From contig NC_014833.1 in assembly GCF_000179635.2 (NCBI RefSeq), positions 2,670,001-2,702,000 of the forward strand: DNA of 32,000 nucleotides. The letters are read 5' to 3'. The DNA comes from Ruminococcus albus 7 = DSM 20455 (lineage in GTDB: Bacteria; Bacillota; Clostridia; Oscillospirales; Ruminococcaceae). Each line of letters starts with the position of its first letter. Position 1 is the first letter of the stretch. Positions 25,039-32,000 of the stretch are shown piece after piece. The notes beneath the pieces were generated by a model, which saw nothing but the letters and a program-made list of their open reading frames with translations, did no database searches and was not told the origin of the DNA. The position numbers were made by a program, and so were the translations under genes.

Positions 25039-27471
25039 TTAATGATTATCATAGTAATCGAGCATAAAGCTCTTTTCTGCCTTTTCTTCTCCGGAACCCT
25101 TTACGTAAGCAAGCATCGACTTTGATGAAAGCTGGTTGTAAACAATGGCATTATTATTACCGGTTTTTGTATTGTAATGTTTACAAACGATATTGCCGAT
25201 AATATTAAGACACTGCATACGAGAAGTTGAATTATTAATTGCTACCTTACACTGACCGCCCTGATTTGTATTGGTATAAGTTGCTCTCGGCATATACATA
25301 CTAGCTTGTATAAGTGTCGTTGCCTGATCTACTATAAGTTCGCTTCCTTCAGTAAACAGAAAGATGATGTTGTTTGGAGCCATATCAAAGCCATTATTAA
25401 TTTGATTCTTTGTAGTATTAGCGGCCTTATCACCACTTGTTGCTCCGTTACGGCCCATGCAGTCAACATTACAGAATGTATCAAAATCCATAACAAGATT
25501 TTTTGAACCACCAAATGTAAATTTGGGATTCTTATTGAATGAAGAATGATCGTAGGTAGATATCGTATTTTTATCATGACCACTCATAGCATAATCATCT
25601 TTTGTATCACCAAAACCTGAATCACTTACAAAGTAGCAGAACTTAGCATCATCAGATTCAGGGTTTGTTGAGTTCTTAACAAGGATAACATTTTCGTTAA
25701 CTGTTTTACCTCCGTCCTTGAGGATAACCACCAGGTTCTTTTTCCCTGCAGGCAGCTGATCAAGGTCGATAAGTATATTAGTATTTTCAAGGTAATCAAT
25801 ATAGCAATCATCGGTAACTATATGATCAGGCTTGAATGAGCCCGTACCGGTATTACTGGTATAAACAGTGCCATCAGTTCCAAAACTAGTTGCATTTTTT
25901 ACATTATCAATATCTAAAGTTTTGCGGTCTGCTTTATACATATCCCTATACTGATTATAGATAGTTGAAACAGTTTCACTATAACCTGGTTCACAAAGCA
26001 GGTGCTCAGGGAAGTAATAGTAAGGAGGATTAGTATTATCATTTATCGTAGGAAATTCCGGTCTCTGAGCTCTGATTTCACCGGTCCAATCATCATCATA
26101 AGTTACAGAGATACCGCAAACAGTTGCCGGCTGTGTACCAGTTCCGCTACGAGTGGGCTTACCTGATGCATCCACAAATCTGTCCTGGTTTTCAAAAATA
26201 TAATTACCTTTCTGCATGTGGATTTTTTTACAATTAATATTACCAGTCGAATGCGTTATATACAGATCACCGCCAACATACAGCTCACCATTAATATCCA
26301 TAGTAGTATTTACTACAACATCACCGTTAAACGAATCGGTGCCATTAGTAAGATCTTTAAAAGTATACACATTTCCATACACCTTAAAACCGGCACCATT
26401 ACCACTGCCGAATTGATAAGCCTTTTTATTGAAATCAGGATCAGTATTGGAACCCTTTATAGCATTCATCATTCCTGTCTGCATATCGTCTGCTTTACCG
26501 ATATACAGCAGGTTCGTATAAATATCTACCTGATGAGTATCATCCTTACCGAAACATCCACCATTATTAGCAGTATATACCAGTGCTTCACCTACGTTAA
26601 CGTAGTTGTAATTATATGGTGAAACTCGGGCATCATTATTATCACTTGCAGTTTTTTCAAAATCAGGTGAAAATTCGGGTTCATTATTGGATATAATTAA
26701 TGATCTCGTAACATTAAGGACACAGCCCTTACTATCGTCTTCGCCCTGACAGTAATAGGGATTACTCTTAAAATAGTTATGATTCTGTATAACCAATGAA
26801 CCATTGATATCAACATCACCATAAAGTTCATTTTGATTATTGTCAAATTTGTACAGTGTATTATTGTCGTGCGAATCTTTATCTGTTGCACCTGTAGAAC
26901 CATATACTACGATATTTTCAAAATAACCTTTTGATGGATTACCACCATCAGTACCGATTATCTCAAGTGCCTTAGGAGTATACTGGCTCTTACGCATTGT
27001 CTGTGCTGAGAGATATGCTACAGCTGTCTTTTCCTGGCCAAGGTAGGTCGCTGTAGATATCACTTTTACAGAATTATCATTGATCCTTTCCACCTTGAGT
27101 TGACACTTGGCATTGCTCCATCTGGGTTCAACTTTACTAATTGGAGTAGGACTGCCTTTATCCATTTTATCAATCTCAACGTTGACAAATCGATTTTCAT
27201 CTGCAATATGTCTTATCAGATCGAGCTTTGCCTGGATCTCGGCACTAGTGTAGGTTGAATCTGTATAGCCTGTCGTTTCTGCAACAAAAGCACGCAGACA
27301 TGATGATGCAACATAGTACGCTTGTTTTTTTCGGTACTCAATGTTTGTTCTCACGTTGGTATGATTTACCAACGAGGTGGCAGCTGCAATAATGACCATC
27401 ATCATAACCGATACAACAGTTACGGTCATCAGCACAGCGCCCTTGCGTTGTGACGTGAATTTGGTTTTCAT
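25039..27471 (-). CDS. Giant PilX/GspK-like pilus protein (PilX_N-type hydrophobic N-terminus, no Glu+5)
   Basis: The ORF is 25039..27480 from a GTG. The preferred ATG is at 27471, 6 nt after AAGGTGG. The N-terminus MKTKFTSQRKGAVLMTVTVVSVMMMVIIAAATSL resembles PilX_N (QRGxxL...). The remaining ~770 aa is Asn/Gly/Thr-rich, with motifs such as LYGDVDINGSLVI and FNGDVVVNTTMDINGELYVGGDLYI. Confidence 0.65.
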   Translation of the reverse strand: MKTKFTSQRKGAVLMTVTVVSVMMMVIIAAATSLVNHTNVRTNIEYRKKQAYYVASSCLRAFVAETTGYTDSTYTSAEIQAKLDLIRHIADENRFVNVEIDKMDKGSPTPISKVEPRWSNAKCQLKVERINDNSVKVISTATYLGQEKTAVAYLSAQTMRKSQYTPKALEIIGTDGGNPSKGYFENIVVYGSTGATDKDSHDNNTLYKFDNNQNELYGDVDINGSLVIQNHNYFKSNPYYCQGEDDSKGCVLNVTRSLIISNNEPEFSPDFEKTASDNNDARVSPYNYNYVNVGEALVYTANNGGCFGKDDTHQVDIYTNLLYIGKADDMQTGMMNAIKGSNTDPDFNKKAYQFGSGNGAGFKVYGNVYTFKDLTNGTDSFNGDVVVNTTMDINGELYVGGDLYITHSTGNINCKKIHMQKGNYIFENQDRFVDASGKPTRSGTGTQPATVCGISVTYDDDWTGEIRAQRPEFPTINDNTNPPYYYFPEHLLCEPGYSETVSTIYNQYRDMYKADRKTLDIDNVKNATSFGTDGTVYTSNTGTGSFKPDHIVTDDCYIDYLENTNILIDLDQLPAGKKNLVVILKDGGKTVNENVILVKNSTNPESDDAKFCYFVSDSGFGDTKDDYAMSGHDKNTISTYDHSSFNKNPKFTFGGSKNLVMDFDTFCNVDCMGRNGATSGDKAANTTKNQINNGFDMAPNNIIFLFTEGSELIVDQATTLIQASMYMPRATYTNTNQGGQCKVAINNSTSRMQCLNIIGNIVCKHYNTKTGNNNAIVYNQLSSKSMLAYVKGSGEEKAEKSFMLDYYDNH

Positions 27472-27556
27472 AATTACCACCTTTCATTCTTTTGGTTTCC
27501 CGACTTTGTGTGTAATGATCAAAATAAAAATTTTAATCATTTTTTATAGCACGATT

Positions 27557-27583
27557 TGGCAGGCGGAATATTCCGCCCACCAA
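27557..27583 (-). other. Strong intercistronic stem-loop between pilO and the PilX-like gene
   Basis: The minus strand reads TGGTGGGCGGAA-ta-TTCCGCCTGCCA: a ~12 bp stem with one 2-nt internal mismatch. No U-tract follows (AAATCGTGC). Confidence 0.5.
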
Positions 27584-27595
27584 ACGCTATAAACA

Positions 27596-28393
27596 TTACT
27601 TATCATTATAATCCGGCAGCTTTTCTACTACCATCATTATAAGGGTCATGTTGCCCTCAACATCGGTATCGGATACCTTTGGCTTTGTTGACTTATCACC
27701 GGTCTTCTCATTAACAACATCTTCGGTTACGGTCTTACCGTCCTTATCGGTCTCAGCAGAGAACATAAAGTCAACGTTCTTAACGATCATTGTCTTCATA
27801 GACTTCGCTTTAGTTGAATTCTGAAGATCATTACAGAACTTCTCAACATCATCTATCTTGCCCTTGTAAGAGAATGAAACCTCATAGCTGCCTATTATAG
27901 CAGGAGCTGCAACAGCTTCACCCTTTGCGCCTGCCTCTGCATCAGCAGTATCAGGTGTTATAGGCTCAGACTGATTTATATAATCCTGTACCGTTGTATC
28001 AATCTCAGTTACTGCTTTAGTGCTTACATACTCATAAGGCTGGATAGTATAAGGAGTATAAGCTGAAACTGACATATCAAGGTTTTCGATCTTAGCCGTT
28101 TCAAGCAGGTTATCGACCTCCTGAGAAGCGTGCTGATTTGCCTGCACAGAATAGAAGCTTTCAGTCATTTTATTAACCTCTAAATAAGCATCTTGAATCC
28201 TTTTTTTGAGGTCCTTATCAGCCTTATTTCTCTCCTTCAGATCGGCAAGTGTAGCCTTTGCATCATCAAGTGCAGCCTGTGAATCCTGAAGACTTTCTAT
28301 TTTGGGTTTTATAAACAGCATTACACCTGCAACCCAAACAAGAACTACGATAACTATTGTAAGTACGATCCTATCGCGGTAATTAAGCTTCAT
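27596..28393 (-). CDS. pilO: PilO-like pilus alignment/platform protein
   Basis: The ORF is 27596..28399 from a GTG that overlaps the pilMN stop (GTGA). An ATG at 28393 lies 2 nt after that stop, behind GAGGGTGA. The layout is a short N-terminus, a TM helix (IVLTIVIVVLVWVAGVMLFI), a coiled coil, then a globular domain. The call rests on architecture and gene order. Confidence 0.65.
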   Translation of the reverse strand: MKLNYRDRIVLTIVIVVLVWVAGVMLFIKPKIESLQDSQAALDDAKATLADLKERNKADKDLKKRIQDAYLEVNKMTESFYSVQANQHASQEVDNLLETAKIENLDMSVSAYTPYTIQPYEYVSTKAVTEIDTTVQDYINQSEPITPDTADAEAGAKGEAVAAPAIIGSYEVSFSYKGKIDDVEKFCNDLQNSTKAKSMKTMIVKNVDFMFSAETDKDGKTVTEDVVNEKTGDKSTKPKVSDTDVEGNMTLIMMVVEKLPDYNDK

Positions 28394-28395
28394 CG

Positions 28396-29889
28396 TCACT
28401 CACCCTCTTTCTCTAAAATAACAGTAATATCATTAATAACAACAGGATTGTCTTTTTTGCCTGTTCCCGTATAGCCGCTATATACGACCTCTGCAACAAA
28501 ATCAAGTTTCTTAAGATCATCAACGAACTTTTTGGGCACATCCTGTGCTTTTTCCTGCTCTTCTACAGTTAACTGAGAAATAACTATCGAACCATTGTCA
28601 AGGTCATAAGTCATACCACCGTATGTGATCTTATCCTTTTCGATCACTTCCTGTATCTTATCGACCTTTTCTTTCTTCATTACAGGGAGAGTGTCGATAT
28701 CCAGCTGAACTGTTTGAACAAAGTTCTTATACTTGTTTATAAGTTCCAGTCTGTTATGAAGTATCTGGTTAGCAGCCTTGGTCTTTTCTTCTTCCTTTAT
28801 CTCAGCATCGATCCCAGCTTTTTCATTATCAACATTCTTTACCTGAACAGCGATGAAACCGGTGATCGCTGCGATAAGTATAGCAGAAGCAGCAGACAGG
28901 ATACCTGCTGTAGTCAGCATCGAGCTCAGACCTGCAGAAGAATCCTTATTATTGGAGTGATCAACTTCAAGGAGATTGATCCTTTCTGTCTGCTTGTTTC
29001 TTCTGTACAGAGCACCGATAGCGTTTGCAAATACGGTGAACTCGAAGTTCTCATAGCCTGTTATCTGAGAAGGTGTTCCCAGAACGGAAGCTCTGATATC
29101 CAAACCATCCAGTGCATCAACGATCTTCTTGTAATCCTCGATAAAGCCGTAAAGGATAACGTTTGACAGACCGTTACCGCCTCTTGCCTTGTTGAACTGC
29201 TCCATTCTGAATATATTCTCGTTCAGAGCTTCCAGAACGTAGTCATCAGCATCGTACTCATCGGGTGAGATCGGTACGTATCTTGCGAATGCCATCTGTC
29301 CGTTTTCAAACAGTGTCAGACCCAGGAAGTTATTATCCAGCTGGCACACCAGCAGAGGCATCTTATCAGCATTGGACTTATCGCTCAGAACGATTCTTGA
29401 AATAGAATTGCAGCTGATATTTACTGATCTGAGGTTTATGTTCATTACAGCGAAGAGCTTTTTGAAGCCTTCAACTATGGAGCTGGGGCAGGCAGTAGCC
29501 AGTACCTTCAGTGAGCCTGGATTCTGCTCACCTGCTTCACCTACTACTGTATATGAAATGGAATACTCATTGGAGATACCCATTTCCTGACTCATATGAT
29601 TCTGTACCATCTGCAGGAATTCACTGCCCTTAGCCTTAGGTACGATAAGTTCCTTAAATACAATACTGCTGGACGAGAATGTTACAACTGCGTCCCTGTC
29701 CATCATCTGCTCTGATCTCAGCGTTGTGAGCAGCAGCTCTGACAGACCTGAAAGCTGGATAACTTCACCGTTAACGATCATGTCACCGGGTACCTGAACA
29801 GTTGCCGAATTATCGATTCGGATCCTGCTTGCTGTGTTATCACCTTTTACGATATTGATCTGCCTATCAGAAAAATCGAATGATAGCAT
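28396..29889 (-). CDS. PilM-PilN fusion protein
   Basis: 497 aa. RBS GAGGTGAAGGA. The N-terminal ~310 aa is actin-like and PilM-like (MLSFDFSDRQINIVKG...). A TM helix follows (LTTAGILSAASAILIAAITGFIAV), then a coiled-coil plus globular PilN-like C-terminus. Confidence 0.78.
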   Translation of the reverse strand: MLSFDFSDRQINIVKGDNTASRIRIDNSATVQVPGDMIVNGEVIQLSGLSELLLTTLRSEQMMDRDAVVTFSSSSIVFKELIVPKAKGSEFLQMVQNHMSQEMGISNEYSISYTVVGEAGEQNPGSLKVLATACPSSIVEGFKKLFAVMNINLRSVNISCNSISRIVLSDKSNADKMPLLVCQLDNNFLGLTLFENGQMAFARYVPISPDEYDADDYVLEALNENIFRMEQFNKARGGNGLSNVILYGFIEDYKKIVDALDGLDIRASVLGTPSQITGYENFEFTVFANAIGALYRRNKQTERINLLEVDHSNNKDSSAGLSSMLTTAGILSAASAILIAAITGFIAVQVKNVDNEKAGIDAEIKEEEKTKAANQILHNRLELINKYKNFVQTVQLDIDTLPVMKKEKVDKIQEVIEKDKITYGGMTYDLDNGSIVISQLTVEEQEKAQDVPKKFVDDLKKLDFVAEVVYSGYTGTGKKDNPVVINDITVILEKEGE

Positions 29890-29929
29890 TTATTCCTTCA
29901 CCTCAATATAAAAATTTTTATGATCTATA

Positions 29930-29977
29930 CGCCGTTTCATACTTACGGCGGTCATATACGAGAGGCTTAGAGCCTCT
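29930..29977 (-). other. Two small intercistronic hairpins between pilC and pilMN
   Basis: AGAGGC (29961..29966) pairs with GCCTCT (29972..29977), and CGCCGT (29930..29935) pairs with ACGGCG (29945..29950). Neither is followed by a U-tract on the minus strand. Confidence 0.4.
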
Positions 29978-29984
29978 GCGCATA

Positions 29985-31181
29985 TTATTCCTTTTCCATT
30001 TCTGCGATACCACCATAGAGCATTGGGAATACAGCAGCAAGCACAAGACCGATGCCGACACCGAGAACGATGATCATCAAAGGTTCCATCAGTCCTACCA
30101 GTCGAGTTACAGCGGAATCGGCTTCTTCTTCGTAGAAGTCCGCAGTCTTTTCAAGAATATCATCCAGCGCACCGGACTCTTCACCAACGTAGATGATCGA
30201 GCAGAACATACCTTCAAATATCTCTGTCTTTGAAAGAGCAGTAGATACAGGAGAACCCTGCTTTACTTCGTCTACGACCTGAACGAACATCTTATCGATG
30301 TAAGTATTGTTAAGTATCCTCGAAGATCTCTCAAGGCAGTCTACCATCGGTATACCGCTGGAGTAAAGAGAAGAAAGAGTTCTCGAGAAACGACCTTCTG
30401 CTATCTTTACCATAAGAGGTCCGATAAGCGGCATTTTCAACTTTGCCTGATCGAATTTCAGCCTTACCGATTCGACCTTCAGTGCATACACGATAACGCC
30501 GATCACTACAACAACACCTATCAGAAGAGCATACCACTTATTGATGACGAAGTCACTGAATCCGAACAGTGCTTTCTGGAGCACGTTCATCTTTTCTTCA
30601 GGCATCATACTCCTGAATATAGGCAGGATCTTTACGCTCATCAGTATAACAACCGCGATGACCAGTACAAGCAGTACGCAAGGATAGATCATTGCACCCT
30701 TGACCTTATTGTTCAGCTTGTTTGTGTTTGCATAATACTCCTGAAGCCTTTTCATGGTGATATCAAGCGAACCTGATATCTCGCCTGCGTCTACCATAGA
30801 TATGAAGAAATCAGGGAAACAGCCTCGCTTAGCATCCAGCGCACCCGAAAAGCTTTCGCCCTTCTGAACTTCCTCATAAACCTGTTTCCAGACTTCCTTT
30901 GCGCCCTTGTTTTCTTCCTCTTTATAAAGGATATCGAGCGCCTTGACAATCGTCAGTCCCGACGACATCATTGCCGACAGCTGTCGGCAGCAATACGCCA
31001 GTTCAGCCGTGTTGAATCTGTGAGCAGTTTTCCTTCCTCCGCCCAGAGCTTCACTATAGCTTACACAGAACAGACCCTGCTCATAGATCTTTTCAAGCAG
31101 TTCCTGCTCGCTGTCAGCCTCGTAGGTACCTTTAATGGTCTTACCCGTGGTATCCTTAGCGACGTAGCTATAATTTTTCAT
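29985..31181 (-). CDS. pilC: Type IV pilus platform protein PilC (GspF family)
   Basis: The ORF is 29985..31223. The preferred ATG is at 31181, after GGTGGAGGTG, giving MKNYSYVAKDTTGKTIKGTYEADSEQEL, a typical PilC start. It has two GspF repeats and three TM segments. Confidence 0.92.
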   Translation of the reverse strand: MKNYSYVAKDTTGKTIKGTYEADSEQELLEKIYEQGLFCVSYSEALGGGRKTAHRFNTAELAYCCRQLSAMMSSGLTIVKALDILYKEEENKGAKEVWKQVYEEVQKGESFSGALDAKRGCFPDFFISMVDAGEISGSLDITMKRLQEYYANTNKLNNKVKGAMIYPCVLLVLVIAVVILMSVKILPIFRSMMPEEKMNVLQKALFGFSDFVINKWYALLIGVVVVIGVIVYALKVESVRLKFDQAKLKMPLIGPLMVKIAEGRFSRTLSSLYSSGIPMVDCLERSSRILNNTYIDKMFVQVVDEVKQGSPVSTALSKTEIFEGMFCSIIYVGEESGALDDILEKTADFYEEEADSAVTRLVGLMEPLMIIVLGVGIGLVLAAVFPMLYGGIAEMEKE

Positions 31182-31288
31182 ATTGTAGATACACCTCCAC
31201 CATTTTAATGCTTCACAGCTCATGCCGTCTGACTCAGCAGTGCATTAAAAACACAACAAGGCATAAAACCACAAAACATATTTTTATC

Positions 31289-31317
31289 ATTATATCATTT
31301 TTTTGATTTTTTTACAA
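31289..31317 (-). promoter_or_regulatory. Sigma-A type promoter for the pilC operon
   Basis: The minus strand reads TTGTAA (31317..31312), a 17-nt spacer ending in TGa (extended -10), then TATAAT (31294..31289). A/T tracts lie upstream. Confidence 0.55.
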
Positions 31318-31481
31318 GTCAAAATACCGATTTTTTTGCAATTTTATTCACAAAATAATAATGATATTTTTAGTCAACTCTCACTAAAAAGATGCATTAT
31401 TTAACCTTTTAACAAATTCTCAAACTATGCAGAGAATTTTTTTGTACTCATTTGTTCCGATACATTACAGGGAGCATATCA

Positions 31482-32000
31482 TCAGCTTTCATCATCTGTA
31501 ATATCCGCATCATCGCTGACGGTCTGCATCATTCTGCGGCTGCCGGATGCAAGGAGAACAGGGTGTTTTTTCACATAGAGCTTGTATGACATTACATAAG
31601 CCGCAAATGCCGTTCCCAGCATGACCAGTATCGAACCCATGACACCCACAAGGTAGTTGTCATCCAGCATCTTTATCACCCATCCCGCAGGGTAATAGAG
31701 TACCTTATAAAAGATATCCCCTTTGCCCTCGGCATTGAAAGAGTCCCGAAATATTGCAGGAATAAAGTATAGCATACCAACAAGTATCAGAACACCAAGT
31801 ATAGTTGCAAGGCTCCATTCCTCATAGGCTGTATGCTTCCTTCCATCATCAAAAAACACCCATACAAGAAACAGACATATCATAAGTGTACCTATTGCCG
31901 ACTTGACATCAGGCTGTGTAAGAAAGTTCTTGACACCTATCATAGAATAAGGTAGGAAAGTCGCAAGTGCCGGAAAGAGTACAGATCCGGCAAACGCTCC
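31482..32000 (-). CDS. Multi-TM membrane protein of unknown function (partial; probably extends beyond the right edge)
   Basis: The listed ORF is 31482..31943, but the frame stays open and hydrophobic to 32000 (GAFAGSVLFPALATFLPYS-M...). It has an acidic C-terminal tail, DDADITDDES. Confidence 0.55.
   Translation of the reverse strand, partial: GAFAGSVLFPALATFLPYSMIGVKNFLTQPDVKSAIGTLMICLFLVWVFFDDGRKHTAYEEWSLATILGVLILVGMLYFIPAIFRDSFNAEGKGDIFYKVLYYPAGWVIKMLDDNYLVGVMGSILVMLGTAFAAYVMSYKLYVKKHPVLLASGSRRMMQTVSDDADITDDES

Noticed and set aside
24115-26622. Plus-strand ORFs inside the pilin cassette (24115..24645, 24847..25125, 26218..26622, and others).
   Set aside because: They are antisense shadows in AT-rich DNA, Ile/Tyr/Phe/Cys-rich, with no RBS. 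The minus-strand genes have class III signal peptides and good RBSs.
31414-31439. The hairpin AAATTCTC...GAGAATTT read as the terminator of the right-edge membrane protein gene.
   Set aside because: On the minus strand it is AT-rich and followed only by GTTAAAAGG. The T-run lies on the plus strand, where no gene ends. This is too weak to call as a terminator.
1-32000. Mobile elements, prophage genes, CRISPR arrays, toxin-antitoxin or classical defence genes, rRNA and tRNA.
   Set aside because: No transposase, integrase or recombinase motifs, no inverted terminal repeats, no spaced direct repeats and no structured RNA genes were recognised on either strand. The AT-rich islets carry single orphan genes only.

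Overview
This is a 32 kb chromosomal window from a mid/low-GC Firmicute. It is most plausibly a cellulolytic Ruminococcus-like member of the Clostridia: one secreted protein ends in a type I dockerin, RBSs are GGAGG-type, and promoters follow TTGACA-like -35 / TRTG -16 / TATAAT. All family calls come from hand translation and motif recognition only; no searches were run.

Content, left to right:
1. Minus-strand carA-carB. carB reads with no stop codon straight into dapF at the left edge.
2. A minus-strand c-di-GMP sensory operon. It encodes a 1136-aa twin-SBP/TM/3xPAS/GGDEF diguanylate cyclase, followed by a 517-aa 7TM-PAS-PAS paralogue with no output domain.
3. A dockerin-bearing secreted protein and an AT-rich orphan SMI1/KNR4 (SUKH) gene.
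4. A plus-strand type IIA topoisomerase pair, best read as topo IV (parE, parC). A small DUF3592-like membrane gene splits the pair, and two families of short repeats sit around it.
5. An AT-rich orphan membrane-anchored gene.
6. A ~13 kb Gram-positive type IV pilus locus. It comprises pilB-pilT (minus), divergent pilD (plus), and a convergent minus-strand operon: pilC / pilM-pilN fusion / pilO / ~810-aa PilX-like protein / 253-aa pilin-like protein / 667-aa modular pilin.
7. A partial membrane protein at the right edge.

No rRNA, tRNA, CRISPR array, transposase or integrase was recognised.

The most interesting part is the pilus locus. It has a complete motor and platform, including a retraction ATPase, but no ordinary small major pilin. 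In its place are three oversized, compositionally distinct (AT-rich) prepilin-like genes. The PilB N-terminus carries two MshEN-like motifs, and a large sensory diguanylate cyclase lies ~10 kb away.
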